DNA from: Patescibacteria group bacterium
GTDB taxonomy: Bacteria; Patescibacteriota; Minisyncoccia; Phycocordibacterales; EsbW-18
NCBI GenBank assembly: GCA_038063815.1
Contig: JBBTUJ010000002.1
Location: 6,511-70,510, forward strand
DNA length: 64,000 nucleotides
Direction of reading: 5' to 3'
Shown here: positions 1-10,690 of the stretch, in pieces
Position numbering within the stretch: position 1 is the first letter of the stretch
How the letters are laid out: each line of letters starts with the position of its first letter
Program-made: the position numbers and the translations under genes
The notes under the pieces: model-generated
Told to the model about the DNA's origin: nothing
The model's input: only the letters and a program-made list of their open reading frames with translations
Database searches by the model: none

Positions 1-1
1 C

Positions 2-103
2 GAGGTCATAAGTGAGGATGAGTATCTCGAAGTCACGCCCAAGAGCGTCCGGTTGCGTAAAAAATATTTGACCGAGAACGAGCGATCAAAAGCAAAGCGG
101 TAA
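2..103 (+). CDS. C-terminal fragment of a translational GTPase (TypA/BipA-like); the 5-prime end is outside the window
   Basis: In-frame tail ...EVTPKSVRLRKKYLTENERSKAKR* ending at the TAA at 101-103. It resembles the conserved BipA C-terminus, but only 33 aa are visible. Confidence 0.35.
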   Translation, partial: EVISEDEYLEVTPKSVRLRKKYLTENERSKAKR

Positions 104-165
104 GGAGTATACAGGGCCTTTGTGTGTAACCTTCCTGGGGGATTTTTTCAGGGTACACTGGTTGT

Positions 166-1389
166 ATGCCTGAACCTCTCGCGGCACACATACGCCCCAA
201 AAACCTCGATGAGTTCGTGGGACAGAACCACCTTGTCGGAAAAGGAAAGCCGCTTCGTGTCGCGATAGAAAAGAAGCATCTCTTCTCATTCATCCTCTGG
301 GGACCTCCGGGGGTAGGAAAGACGACATTGGCGCGGATATATACGAGCGCTCTTCATGCGCGATTCTACGAGCTCTCGGCCGTCTCTGCGGGGAAGGATG
401 ACATCCGGAAGATCGTCGAAGAAGGGAGAGGAAAACTTGATTTCGAAAAGAAACCGAAGGTGCTATTCCTCGATGAGATTCACCGTTTCAATAAATCTCA
501 GCAGGATTTTTTGCTCCCGCACGTTGAGTCAGGGGAGTTGACATTGATTGGCGCAACGACGGAGAATCCGAGTTTTGAGGTTATTGCGCCTCTCTTATCG
601 CGCACGCGGGTCTTTGTCTTAAACGAACTCTCGGAAAAAGAGATGGAAGAGATCATCAAGCGGACGAAGATTTCTATTCCAAAAGATGCTTTAGAGTGGC
701 TTATTGCCGTTGCAAACGGTGACGCACGACAGGCGCTTTCTCTTCTTGACGTGACCTTGAAACTCTACGGAAAGGTCACGATAAAAAATCTGACTGAAGC
801 GCTCCAATCAACACACCTTCGCTACGACAAGAAAGGAGAAGAGCACTACAACACTATTTCGGCATTCATTAAATCGATGCGCGCAAGTCAACCGAACGCG
901 GCACTCTATTACCTTGCGCGGATGATACACGCGGGCGAAGACCCGAAGTTCATTGCGCGGAGGATGGTGATTTTTGCGAGTGAGGATATCGGCATCTCAC
1001 AACCAACAGCGCTTGTTGTCGCAAACGAAGTGTTTCGTGCGGTTGAAACGATCGGATATCCGGAGTGTTCGATCAATCTCGCGCACGGTGTCGTGTATTT
1101 GGCGAATGCACCGAAAGACAGGCGTGTGTATTACGCAATCGGAGCGGCGCTTGCGGATGCACAGAAGCACGGAAATCTACCGGTTCCGATGAGTATCCGG
1201 AATGCGTCAACCAATCTCATGAAAGATCTTGGATACGGTAAGGGATATGAGAAGTACACAGCAAAAGACCTGTTACCCGAGAAGATCAATGGCACCGTGT
1301 ATTTTCCTCCGAAGGCAGAGATTGTGCCCGAAGCCAAAAACGGTGCTTCGAGCCCTAAAAAACCCGAAAAAAGAAAGAAAAAAGCGTGA
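166..1389 (+). CDS. rarA: Replication-associated recombination protein A (AAA+ ATPase, MgsA/RarA family)
   Basis: Walker A GPPGVGKTTLA, DEIHRF box and the RarA C-terminal helical domain. Lys-rich C-terminal tail. Confidence 0.9.
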   Translation: MPEPLAAHIRPKNLDEFVGQNHLVGKGKPLRVAIEKKHLFSFILWGPPGVGKTTLARIYTSALHARFYELSAVSAGKDDIRKIVEEGRGKLDFEKKPKVLFLDEIHRFNKSQQDFLLPHVESGELTLIGATTENPSFEVIAPLLSRTRVFVLNELSEKEMEEIIKRTKISIPKDALEWLIAVANGDARQALSLLDVTLKLYGKVTIKNLTEALQSTHLRYDKKGEEHYNTISAFIKSMRASQPNAALYYLARMIHAGEDPKFIARRMVIFASEDIGISQPTALVVANEVFRAVETIGYPECSINLAHGVVYLANAPKDRRVYYAIGAALADAQKHGNLPVPMSIRNASTNLMKDLGYGKGYEKYTAKDLLPEKINGTVYFPPKAEIVPEAKNGASSPKKPEKRKKKA

Positions 1390-1402
1390 TACCATTACGT
1401 CA

Positions 1403-1897
1403 ATGCTTCGAAAATTTCATGAGTCCGATATCGTCAGGAACGTTGTTTTTGGCGTTGAAGATAGTTTGGTCTCAACCGTTGGCCTTGTCTCGGGTATCGC
1501 AAGTGCTGGGATTGCACGCGAAACGATTCTTATGACGGGTGTTGTTTTGGTTGTTGTTGAAGCGTTCTCAATGGCTGTTGGCGCGCTTCTCTCTGAGAAC
1601 GCCGTTGAAGAAGCGGAAGTCCATCGCGAGGTCTCGCTCAAAGGTTCCGTTGTTGGTGCACTAACCATGTTCTTGTCCTATCTTGTCGCGGGGACCCTTG
1701 TCATAATTCCGTATCTCATTGCCCCCACCGAAACCGCTTTTGTTGCGTCGGTTGTCATTTCTCTCCTCGCACTTTTTCTTTTGGGACTCGTATCAGCGGG
1801 AATATCAAAGATTCATCCGGTGAAGAAGGGAATCATGATGGTTCTCATCGGTGGATGTGCAATCGGCGTCGGTATTCTTGTTGGCCGCGCGTTTTAA
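1403..1897 (+). CDS. VIT1/CCC1-family (DUF125) membrane protein, putative Fe/Mn transporter
   Basis: Start moved to the ATG at 1403, after the rarA stop. Multi-TM protein with the glycine-rich VIT-family helices. The ORF-track start at 1229 overlaps rarA. Confidence 0.65.
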   Translation: MLRKFHESDIVRNVVFGVEDSLVSTVGLVSGIASAGIARETILMTGVVLVVVEAFSMAVGALLSENAVEEAEVHREVSLKGSVVGALTMFLSYLVAGTLVIIPYLIAPTETAFVASVVISLLALFLLGLVSAGISKIHPVKKGIMMVLIGGCAIGVGILVGRAF

Positions 1898-1924
1898 TGA
1901 GGTGGCGCATGATACAATAAAAAC

Positions 1925-2842
1925 ATGCGGCAACTTGTTTCTCTTATTTGCATCATAATCCTCATAAGTGCAGGCGCGCTTGCGTCCGGTTTTTACGTTG
2001 GAACAGGAATGGTGCGTACTGTGGCAGAAAAGATGACGGCCGCTGATGATGATCTCAAAGACCGACTCACACTTATTGAAGAAACATCTCTTCTTGTTGC
2101 AAATGACCTCCATGCGCTTCGTGAGGGTGTGGCACTCGAATCAGAGGCGAATGAGGCAGAGAACTCCGAAGCACGCGCGCTTCTTGACGCAAAACTCTCG
2201 GAGCTTGCGGGAACGCTTGGGGTGCAGGAAACCGCTCTCGGGGCACTCAAAACGGAGACAAACCTGACCGATCTCATTGCATATTGGGACCCTTTTGTGT
2301 ACGACCTTACGTGTAAGTTTAAAAATAATGATGGGAGTACCACTGAATCAAGTGGGTCCGCGGTTTTTGAAGAGACAACGAGTGGTATTCGTTTTGTGAC
2401 AAATAAACATGTTGTCGAAAAAGAGAAAGCGGTTCTCTTGTCGTGTGAGCTCAGTCGTCCGAACGCAAAGGCGTCTTTTCATGTAGAGGGAGACGAGGTT
2501 ACCCTGCGCGACGATGTGGATGTTGCATACGGACCTGTCAACAAGGCGACCCTTGGTCTGCCGTCCGTTAGGCGCTGTACCGAAGACCCAGCGATTGGAG
2601 ACAGGGTGGTGATGCTCGGATATCCGCAAATTGGTGCAAAAGAATCAGTTACGGCTACAGAAGGTATCATCTCAGGATTTGATGAGGACTACTACACGAC
2701 TTCTGCAAAGATTGAAAAGGGGAATTCGGGGGGCGCGGCGGTGCATGTAAAGAAAAACTGTTTTCTTGGGCTTCCGACCCTCGTGTTCGCGGGTCGTATT
2801 GAGTCACTTGCTCGCATTTTGCCTGTGTCAGAAATAGAGTAG
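1925..2842 (+). CDS. Membrane-anchored trypsin-like serine protease (S1/DegP-like fold)
   Basis: N-terminal TM helix, coiled-coil linker, catalytic-Ser motif GNSGGAAV, and the His/Asp region upstream. Confidence 0.65.
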   Translation: MRQLVSLICIIILISAGALASGFYVGTGMVRTVAEKMTAADDDLKDRLTLIEETSLLVANDLHALREGVALESEANEAENSEARALLDAKLSELAGTLGVQETALGALKTETNLTDLIAYWDPFVYDLTCKFKNNDGSTTESSGSAVFEETTSGIRFVTNKHVVEKEKAVLLSCELSRPNAKASFHVEGDEVTLRDDVDVAYGPVNKATLGLPSVRRCTEDPAIGDRVVMLGYPQIGAKESVTATEGIISGFDEDYYTTSAKIEKGNSGGAAVHVKKNCFLGLPTLVFAGRIESLARILPVSEIE

Positions 2843-2883
2843 AATAGACGGGCAGGTCAATCAATTTTTAACTTATCTTTTAT

Positions 2884-3306
2884 ATGCCAAAAAAAACACT
2901 CATCACACTCATTACGCTCGTTGCTATTGTGATTGTCGTACTCGTGGGTATATTCGCGTGGTACAAGCTCTCTCGGAGCGCATTTGAACAGCAAAGCCCA
3001 ACTCTTTCTGAGACAGAAATCGCAGAGATTGTAGGTGCTGTCGGAAAACATATCCGCTTGCCTCAAGACGAAGAGCCACTTATTGCGACGATTGCAGACA
3101 TCGATGCACTGGTAGCAACGCAACCTTTTTACCAAGGTGCCAAAAATGGTGACATTCTTTTAATCTACCAGACGGTTGGGAAAGCAATCCTCTATAGTTC
3201 AAGCGACGACATTCTCATTAATGTGGGGCCTATCGTTCTTGACGAAGAGACAACAACACCTCCGCCTTCCGACGAGACGTCTACAGACGAAACGGTGGAA
3301 CAATAG
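2884..3306 (+). CDS. Hypothetical membrane-anchored protein with an acidic Thr/Pro-rich tail
   Basis: Single N-terminal TM helix. No recognisable domain. Confidence 0.45.
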   Translation: MPKKTLITLITLVAIVIVVLVGIFAWYKLSRSAFEQQSPTLSETEIAEIVGAVGKHIRLPQDEEPLIATIADIDALVATQPFYQGAKNGDILLIYQTVGKAILYSSSDDILINVGPIVLDEETTTPPPSDETSTDETVEQ

Positions 3307-3308
3307 GA

Positions 3309-3578
3309 CTACGACGAAATACCAAGAAGGGAACGCAAGTGTTCCTCATCAAATCCGATGATTATATCTTCGGGGGCACTCTGATTTGCGGCATCTGCGA
3401 CAACAATGACGGGTACGCCCATCTGTCCGCTCTTTTCAATCATGAGCTTTCTCTGCTCGAGGTCGCTTCCCACGTTGTGATCAGTAAATGCGATGTTATG
3501 TGCTGTAAAAAAATCCTTTGCCATGTGGCAGAAGTGGCATGTCGGCGTTGAGTAAACAGTGACTGTTTTTTGTGTCAT
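3309..3578 (-). CDS. Glutaredoxin/NrdH-like redoxin
   Basis: 89 aa with a CxxC active site (TPTCHFCHMAKDFF) and a thioredoxin-fold C-terminal GVPVIVV motif. Confidence 0.7.
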   Translation of the reverse strand: MTQKTVTVYSTPTCHFCHMAKDFFTAHNIAFTDHNVGSDLEQRKLMIEKSGQMGVPVIVVADAANQSAPEDIIIGFDEEHLRSLLGISS

Positions 3579-3639
3579 AGAGTTTCTATTTTACCAGTTA
3601 GCGATTCGGTCTCCAAGGTGATCGAACTTCCGTACTACT

Positions 3640-4797
3640 CTACTCTGTATCCACAAGAGAAAGGGCGACGGGGACAGCTGTTGCGACAATGCCTCCCAAG
3701 ATAAGGAAAAGAAGAGGTAGAGGGAGGAAAAGAAGGAGGAGAGATGAAAAAAGTGGTGCAATAACATATGCGGTTGGCTCAACCATCCGAAATGCACTGT
3801 CGAAGTCGGCCTCCTTCGGTTGGATGTGTTTAAAAAAGTATGTTTCGCTCATGACCTCGATTGTGGAAGCGCCAATGCGCGTTGCAAGGAGCGCAAGTGC
3901 CCACACAACAACCGAAGGGGTTGTGATGAAGGGAAGCACTGCTGTTGCGAGGGCAGTCACACAAAGACCGCCGACGAGCATTTCTTTTTCTCCAAACCGT
4001 TTATCGGCAAGACGTCCGAGCGGCCACTCAAGAACGGCAAACGGAATGAGCATGACGGTGAAAATAATACCGATCTTTCCCCACGCGATACCTTGGTAGA
4101 TGTGAAGATAGAGGGGCATGTAGATGACCATCCATGCGTAGAAGAAGCGAAGCGTGAAATCAATGTAGACGATGCGACGCAGAGCGAGACGCGCGAAGAG
4201 ACGCTTCACGGTGTTTCGAAAGTGAAAATGCGTGTAGCGAGGGTCTTTGAAATGTTTGAATGAGAGCGTAAGAAGTACTACGGCAGGGAGAAGCGCACAT
4301 AGTGAAAAGAGGTAGACACGGCCGTATTCTGTTCCGCTGCCAAGAAGGAACCCAACGACAAGCGGAGAAAGAACAAGAGCAACGCTCGCAACAGTAAGTG
4401 CAATGCCGCGGATAGAGCCCGTGGTGTTCTGTGTTGATGCGGTCTCAAGAAAGATATCGAGGTCTACCCACAAGAGGCGTGTGATGATTGTTTGAAGAAC
4501 AAAGAGAGGGATGATGAACCATGTGTTCAAGGTTATAACGAAAAGACCAGCGACGATGACTTCGGCGCACACAAAGATGAGGGAGGCACGCACATCGCCC
4601 ACGTCACGGAGTAAGCGTGGTGTATAGATGAGTGCCACGATTGCTGCGAGCGAAGCAAGCGCGTAGATAATCCCCACACCTCGCGCGCTCACAATATTCT
4701 CGAGAACGCTTGAGTTCACGTAGACAACAGAGAACGTGTGAAGCGCTATAAAAAAATTGAGAAGGTACGTGACGTGAAGGAGATGTCGCGGTCGCAT
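3640..4797 (-). CDS. MFS-type transporter
   Basis: About 12 predicted TM helices. The GRLADKRFG-type loop between TM2 and TM3 is typical of major-facilitator transporters. Confidence 0.7.
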   Translation of the reverse strand: MRPRHLLHVTYLLNFFIALHTFSVVYVNSSVLENIVSARGVGIIYALASLAAIVALIYTPRLLRDVGDVRASLIFVCAEVIVAGLFVITLNTWFIIPLFVLQTIITRLLWVDLDIFLETASTQNTTGSIRGIALTVASVALVLSPLVVGFLLGSGTEYGRVYLFSLCALLPAVVLLTLSFKHFKDPRYTHFHFRNTVKRLFARLALRRIVYIDFTLRFFYAWMVIYMPLYLHIYQGIAWGKIGIIFTVMLIPFAVLEWPLGRLADKRFGEKEMLVGGLCVTALATAVLPFITTPSVVVWALALLATRIGASTIEVMSETYFFKHIQPKEADFDSAFRMVEPTAYVIAPLFSSLLLLFLPLPLLFLILGGIVATAVPVALSLVDTE

Positions 4798-4805
4798 GTG
4801 CCTTA

Positions 4806-6458
4806 TTATACCCCTATCACCACAGGGATGACGATGGGGGATTTTCCTGTCTTCTGGAAGAGAAAACGTCGCACGTCGTCCGTCACGGTGTTCTTGACGA
4901 TGTCGAAGTTGATGGGATGCATGCCGTGTGCGGTTGACTCAACGACTTTCCCGACTAAGGCACGCGTCGCGTTGATGAGTTCCTGCTGTTCTTTGAGGTA
5001 GACGAATCCGCGGGAGATGATATCGGGTGATTTGCGGAGTTTACCTGTTTTTGGGTTAACTGAGATGACAATGACGCAGATACCATCAGCAGAAAGAGTT
5101 TGTCTATCACGAAGAACTACTTCCTGTTGGCCTCCGACGGAGAACCCGTCAACCATGATGTCATCCGATGGTGCTTTATCTTTTCGAACGCGGATTTTCG
5201 TTCCGTTGTCATAGATTTCGATGATTGATCCGTTGTCTGGTACGACGATGTTGTCTTTCGGTGTCCCTAATGATTGGGCGAGTTCGGAGTGGATCTTCAA
5301 CATGTAGTGGTGACCGTGGAGAGGCACAAAGAATCTGTACTTGATTTGTTGGTGAATCCACCCAAGTTCGTCGCGGTTTCCGTGGCCCGATGCGTGGACA
5401 GTTGTATCAAGATACGTAACAATCTTTGCGTCTTGCCTATAGAGATTGTCTTTGAGTTTCTGAACCGCCATCTCGTTTCCGGGAATGACCGATGAAGAAA
5501 AGAGAATAGTATCCGAGGGCGACAGGGTAATGTATTTGTGGCTCTTGCTCGAGATCCTGTCGAATCCCGCGAACTCTTCTCCTTGTGCTCCTGTTGTCAA
5601 AATGACGATTTTTTGAGGAGGGTGCTCGGTCATTTCTTCGATAGGAATGAGGTTGTCAACGGGCACAAGACCAAGTTGTTTTACGATTTCCAAGTTCGAT
5701 TTCATGCTCCTGCCGTCGATAATAACTTTTTTGTGGTACTTGTTCGCAATCTTGATTATTTCGATGATGCGTTCGACGTTTGAGGCGAACGTTCCGATGA
5801 TGAGCCGCCCAGCAACATCCTTCATAATCTGGTCAATGGTCTCTGTTGCGTGTGACTCGGGGATAGAAAATCCGGGCTTTTCGACTGACGTTGAGTCAAG
5901 TGTAAAGAGAAGGATTTCCTTGTTTTTGAAGAGCTCGTAGTGATCGATTTCTTTTTGTGTCACTTTTCCGCCAACGTGATCCACGCGGACATCTTCAACA
6001 AATGCAACGGTGCCAACCGGCGTCTCGATAAGGAGACCCATCGAATCAGGGATTGCGTGCGAGATAGCAAAAAAGGTGATGGAAAAATTCTTTCCGATCT
6101 GTATACGCTCGTCGCCTCGCACCGTTTTGATATCCAAGGGCTCGGAATTGGGAAATTCGCTTTGGCGTTTTTGAATCATGAGAGACCCGAATTCGCGAGA
6201 ATAAATCGGTGGGTTACCAATCGAGTCCATGACATACGGGATACCGCCGATATGGTCGAGGTGTCCGTGTGTGATGAAGAGCGCCTTCACTTTCTCTTTT
6301 CGCTCTTTGAGATAGGTGATGTCAGGAATAATGAAATCAACTCCTGGTGTCTCAACCTCGCCGAACTGGAGGCCTGCGTCAACGATGATAATCTCATCGC
6401 CGTATTCGATCGCAGTCATGTTCTTACCAATCTCCTCGACACCTCCTAATGGAATCAT
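4806..6458 (-). CDS. rnj: Ribonuclease J (metallo-beta-lactamase/beta-CASP)
   Basis: MIPLGGVEEIGKNMTAIEY, HGHLDHIGG motif and beta-CASP region. Start set at the Met that gives an N-terminus typical of RNase J (550 aa). An AGGAGG lies 11 nt upstream. The ORF track extends another 152 codons (to 6914) through a GC-rich spacer. Confidence 0.8.
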   Translation of the reverse strand: MIPLGGVEEIGKNMTAIEYGDEIIIVDAGLQFGEVETPGVDFIIPDITYLKERKEKVKALFITHGHLDHIGGIPYVMDSIGNPPIYSREFGSLMIQKRQSEFPNSEPLDIKTVRGDERIQIGKNFSITFFAISHAIPDSMGLLIETPVGTVAFVEDVRVDHVGGKVTQKEIDHYELFKNKEILLFTLDSTSVEKPGFSIPESHATETIDQIMKDVAGRLIIGTFASNVERIIEIIKIANKYHKKVIIDGRSMKSNLEIVKQLGLVPVDNLIPIEEMTEHPPQKIVILTTGAQGEEFAGFDRISSKSHKYITLSPSDTILFSSSVIPGNEMAVQKLKDNLYRQDAKIVTYLDTTVHASGHGNRDELGWIHQQIKYRFFVPLHGHHYMLKIHSELAQSLGTPKDNIVVPDNGSIIEIYDNGTKIRVRKDKAPSDDIMVDGFSVGGQQEVVLRDRQTLSADGICVIVISVNPKTGKLRKSPDIISRGFVYLKEQQELINATRALVGKVVESTAHGMHPINFDIVKNTVTDDVRRFLFQKTGKSPIVIPVVIGV

Positions 6459-6943
6459 GCGAAGGACGCCCTCCTCTGGGGGTGGGATGTGGACGCCGTA
6501 CGTTGTCGGCATTGTTGTCTTCGGGTGTGGAATACGATCGCGTCTCTGAAAGCCGCCTCGGCCTCTTCCGCCCCCCCCACGCGATTTATCACCAGAAGGA
6601 CGTTTGGAATGCGTTGGATGTGCGTGGGGATGTCCCAACGGTCGGCTTGGTGGGCGACTCGATGGTCGCGCTTGCTGATGCGGCCGTGCTCCTCGATGAG
6701 GATGTTGGTGGGGTGTCGTGGTGTGGGGCGCGAGAGCGCTGAAGGTGCGTCTCCGCCGCATGCCGGTGTCTCCGGCAACCTGTCCGTTACTTTGTTGAGG
6801 CCTTGGTGTCGGTATGCTCTCGGGTGCACGAAGGACGCGGATGCGTGATCTCTGTTGACCGTCTGCGCCAATATTGCGACGGCCAAGCTGGTGGCGATGT
6901 GAATTGTCTATCATTAACGATGCTTAATTGAGTAAGAAGTGCC

Positions 6944-8668
6944 TTAGTTGTTTTGAAATAGTGAAAGAATGCTTCGGGTCGCTTTGTGCCACGAATAGAC
7001 ATCCATAAAACGTTCACTTGCTTCATCCAGCGGTCCCGCAGAGATTCCTTTGAGGATTTTGGGAACGAGGTAGAGCATTTCCGGAGCGTACAGGAACACT
7101 GCCGGCATGTCGGATTCGATTTCTTCTGCAAGCGAGACGTAGAGTTCTTGCCGTTCGTTTGCGTCAAGGGTGGTCCGAATGTCCTCCAGTATAGCATCGG
7201 TCGTTATGTTTGCATAGAGGGCGATATTGAGGCCCGGGTCGTTTCTTTGTGAAGAATGCCAGAAGGGAAAAAGATCTCCGCCGCGTCCGATGACTTGTCC
7301 GAACAGGAGCGCGTCATATGCACGTGGGCGGATCACTTCTTGGTGGAGCGCTCCGATGTCGAAGAGTTCTATTGTGACCAGTACTCCCAAGTTCTCCCAC
7401 ATGCGCTTCAGAACCTCCGCGGTTCTCTTCAGCTCGGGCGTGTTCGCCGTTGAGAGTGTGAAGGAGAGCGGAGCGTCATCTTTCATAAAAATACCATCCT
7501 CTCCCATCTCCCAACCATCTTCTTCAAGAAGCGCACGTGCTTCCTTGAGGGTCCCTTTGACATGTTCTTTCGAAAAGTTTTCCAACGGCGGAATAACAGG
7601 GCCTGTCACGGGATTTCCGTAGCCATAGAGCACTTCCGTGATGAGTACGTCCGTATCAATAGAGGTTGAGAGTGCTTCACGAATAGTCGCATCGGTGAAA
7701 ATCTCTTTTTCATTTTGATTAAAGAAAACACCAAAGAGACGTGTCAGAGGATAACGGATAATGCGCACATCGTCCTCGAGATCGTGTCCGTATACAGGAT
7801 CGATTCCCTTGACGGTGTCGATGGTGTCACTGAGGAATGCCTCAAGGGCCGCTTCCTCAGTATCATATGTTTTGATACGGAGACCTTGAAGGCGCGGAGC
7901 ACCGAGTGTGAAATTGGTGAAGCGCGTGAGGGCATATTCAGTGGGGATTCCCGATGCGTCACGTGTTACACGGTCTACCTTGAACGGTCCTGATCCAACC
8001 GGTAGTGTATTCAGTCGATGTACTGGAAATGTTTCTGCTGTTGTGTTTTCCCACAAATAACGGGGGAGAATGCCCAATGTCGTGTTTTCCAAAAATGGTG
8101 TATATGGCCGAGGTAATGTAAAGACAACGGTGTGTGTATCTTCCGCCGCGACGGTGATGCCCTCCCATATATATTGAACAGCGCTTCCCATGAACGGATC
8201 TTGGGCGCGCGTGATTGTGAAAACGACATCTTCCGCTGTTACAGGTTGCCCATCGTGGAACGTGGCATCCTTTTTGAGTACGAATGTGTACACGGTGCCG
8301 TCATCTGACACGGTGTACTTCTCTGCCAAGTCCGGCACGAGAGTTCCTTCCGGTGTCGGCCGCATAAGGCCGGAATAGATAAGTGCGGACAAGTCCTTGT
8401 CGATATCCGACTGTGCGAGAAGTGGATTTATGAACCGCGGCGTTCCGACGATGCCTTCCGTGAGAGTGCCTCCCGATGCGGGCACAGTGACGGAGTATTC
8501 TTTCCAAAGGGTCCGAAGCATGATGCCCGTTGAGATGACGAGAACGAGTCCAAGTGTGGAGAGGAGTATCCGTTCAAGGAAAGAGAGACGCGAAAGTCCC
8601 TCGCGAAGCGCGCGAGTGCCGGGAAGTGTGGTCAAGCGTTGTAAATCAGGAGTGTTCACAAAAAACAA
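6944..8668 (-). CDS. ABC-transporter substrate-binding protein, family 5 (oligopeptide/dipeptide-type), membrane anchored, orphan
   Basis: 574 aa with an N-terminal TM anchor and SBP_bac_5-like organisation. No permease or ATPase genes adjacent. Confidence 0.75.
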   Translation of the reverse strand: MFFVNTPDLQRLTTLPGTRALREGLSRLSFLERILLSTLGLVLVISTGIMLRTLWKEYSVTVPASGGTLTEGIVGTPRFINPLLAQSDIDKDLSALIYSGLMRPTPEGTLVPDLAEKYTVSDDGTVYTFVLKKDATFHDGQPVTAEDVVFTITRAQDPFMGSAVQYIWEGITVAAEDTHTVVFTLPRPYTPFLENTTLGILPRYLWENTTAETFPVHRLNTLPVGSGPFKVDRVTRDASGIPTEYALTRFTNFTLGAPRLQGLRIKTYDTEEAALEAFLSDTIDTVKGIDPVYGHDLEDDVRIIRYPLTRLFGVFFNQNEKEIFTDATIREALSTSIDTDVLITEVLYGYGNPVTGPVIPPLENFSKEHVKGTLKEARALLEEDGWEMGEDGIFMKDDAPLSFTLSTANTPELKRTAEVLKRMWENLGVLVTIELFDIGALHQEVIRPRAYDALLFGQVIGRGGDLFPFWHSSQRNDPGLNIALYANITTDAILEDIRTTLDANERQELYVSLAEEIESDMPAVFLYAPEMLYLVPKILKGISAGPLDEASERFMDVYSWHKATRSILSLFQNN

Positions 8669-8689
8669 TCCGAGGGAGCATTCTGCTTC

Positions 8690-8908
8690 CTACGAAAGAA
8701 GGGCTACAAGTGAAGTGATCACGTAGATAATCGCAACAACAATTGTTGCGATAAAAACGACTTTTTCAGGTCCACGGCGCGTTCGTGTGGGTCCTCCGTC
8801 ATCTCCGCCAAATGCCGCACCCATTCCTGCCTCGTTGTTCTGAAGTAGGATAAGGACGACGAGCACCAGAGAGATAATGATCTGAATGATTGAAAACATG
8901 TCTGTCAT
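8690..8908 (-). CDS. secG: Preprotein translocase subunit SecG
   Basis: 72 aa, two TM helices, Gly-rich loop (MFSIIQIIISLVLVVLILLQ...GGDDGG...). Confidence 0.65.
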   Translation of the reverse strand: MTDMFSIIQIIISLVLVVLILLQNNEAGMGAAFGGDDGGPTRTRRGPEKVVFIATIVVAIIYVITSLVALLS

Positions 8909-8973
8909 ACCGTTCCTTCATACTAACACAGGATACGTTTTCCTGTCTAATCCGAGGTATACTACATCAAACT

Positions 8974-10620
8974 ATGGCTCTTACGGATGATATCACGAAG
9001 ATCATTGAGGGTGACGTGTATGCAGATGAGAAAACACGGAACGTGTATTCTCGTGACACATCGCTGTTCAAGGTGATGCCATCTCTTGTTGTGTCACCAA
9101 AAAATACGCACGACATCAAGGTGCTTGTGGAATATGCGGGCACTCATCCGGGCGTAACTCTTACCGCGCGCTCGGGAGGAACAGGAATGGATGGAGGAGC
9201 ACTTTCCGAGTCCGTTGTTCTTGATTTCACAAAGTACTTCAAGACGATACATGGTTTTACAAAAGATACGGCGATACTTGATCCCGGTGCCTATTACCGT
9301 GACTTTGAGAAGGAGACAAAAAAACGGAATCTCCTCATGCCCTCATACCCGGCATCAAAGGAGATATGTACCGTGGGCGGAATGGTCGCGAACAACGCGG
9401 GTGGGGAACTGACGCTCTCGTATGGAAAGACAGCGCGCTATGTACGGGAACTCTCCATGGTTCTCTCTGACGGAAATGAATACGTGTTCCGCGCACTTTC
9501 ACATGAAGACCTCGAAAAAAAACTTCTCGAAGTGGGTTTTGAAGGTGATATATATCGCAAGATGTACACGCTCGTGACAGAGAACAAAGGAACGATCGAC
9601 CGTTTCCGACCGAAGGTCTCAAAGAATTCCGCGGGGTATGCTCTCTGGGATATCTATGACGAGAAGAAAAGGACATTCGATCTCACAAAACTCTTTGTTG
9701 GGTCTCAGGGAACGCTTGGTCTTGTGACGCGGATTACCTTCGATCTCATCCGTCCTCCGCGCTACTCACAAATGATCGTTCTTTTTCTTGACTCGTTTGA
9801 TCGATTGGGAGAGTTGGTAGAAAAAGTTCTTACGCATCGCCCCACAACATTTGAGTCGTATGATGACAAGACGCTTTCGCTTGCGGTTAGATTCTTCGGC
9901 GGGTTCATTCGTCGGCTTGGTCTTTTGAAAATACTCTCGATAGGTTTCCGTGACATCATTCCCGCGTTTTCCGTTCTTCTTCACGGATTTCCGAAACTTG
10001 TTCTCCAGATAACGTTTGACGGGGATGATTTTGAGGTGCTTCGTCGACGTACGTATGCGTGCGCCGTTGCGTGTAGGGAATACAATCCACGATTACTGCG
10101 TTTGACGACATCTTCCGCCGAAGTCGATGAGTATTGGATGGTGCGCCACGAGAGCTTCAATCTTTTGCGGACAAAAGTGAAAGGAAAACAAACAGCACCA
10201 TTTATTGACGATATCGTTGTTCCGCCCGACGTGCTGCCGGAGTTCTTGCCGAAGCTCTACGCGATACTTGATGAATACAAAGATGTGTTAGAGCACAATA
10301 TTGCGGGACATATCGGCAATGGTAACTTCCACATTATTCCTCTGATGAATCTGTCAGACCCGAAAGCGCGGGAAGCAATTCCTGTGATTGCGAGGCGTGT
10401 CTATGACCTCGTTTTCTCATATGGCGGTTCCGCGACGGGGGAACACAACGACGGCATCATCCGGACACCATTTCTTCGTCAGCAATTTGGGGATGAGATG
10501 TACCGACTTTTTGAAGAAACAAAAAAAATATTTGATCCAAAAAATATTTTTAATCCAGGCAAAAAGGTCAATGGGACGATGGAATATGCCGTCGCGCATA
10601 TCTCGGGGTACAACAAATAA
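8974..10620 (+). CDS. FAD-binding oxidoreductase (GlcD/D-lactate dehydrogenase-like, FAD-linked oxidase family)
   Basis: FAD_binding_4-type N-domain (ARSGGTGMDGGA) and C-terminal FAD-oxidase domain. Start moved to the ATG at 8974 (MALTDD...). Confidence 0.8.
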   Translation: MALTDDITKIIEGDVYADEKTRNVYSRDTSLFKVMPSLVVSPKNTHDIKVLVEYAGTHPGVTLTARSGGTGMDGGALSESVVLDFTKYFKTIHGFTKDTAILDPGAYYRDFEKETKKRNLLMPSYPASKEICTVGGMVANNAGGELTLSYGKTARYVRELSMVLSDGNEYVFRALSHEDLEKKLLEVGFEGDIYRKMYTLVTENKGTIDRFRPKVSKNSAGYALWDIYDEKKRTFDLTKLFVGSQGTLGLVTRITFDLIRPPRYSQMIVLFLDSFDRLGELVEKVLTHRPTTFESYDDKTLSLAVRFFGGFIRRLGLLKILSIGFRDIIPAFSVLLHGFPKLVLQITFDGDDFEVLRRRTYACAVACREYNPRLLRLTTSSAEVDEYWMVRHESFNLLRTKVKGKQTAPFIDDIVVPPDVLPEFLPKLYAILDEYKDVLEHNIAGHIGNGNFHIIPLMNLSDPKAREAIPVIARRVYDLVFSYGGSATGEHNDGIIRTPFLRQQFGDEMYRLFEETKKIFDPKNIFNPGKKVNGTMEYAVAHISGYNK

Positions 10621-10690
10621 AAAAATAGCGAAGTGTCAAGTATGCAAGAAGGGCCCGTTCGCGTACAATGGTGCCACTTCAAGGGGTATT

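Noticed and set aside
33-293. Minus-strand ORFs at the window start overlapping the rarA 5-prime end
   Set aside because: They overlap rarA and the TypA-like tail and have no motif support. Most likely spurious.
6459-6914. ORF-track 152-codon N-terminal extension of RNase J (Arg/Gly/Pro/His-rich)
   Set aside because: GC-rich DNA is depleted of stop codons, so long open frames arise by chance. RNase J proteins begin a few residues before the LGG-EIGKN motif. The in-frame ATG at 6458 has an AGGAGG upstream and gives a canonical 550-aa protein.
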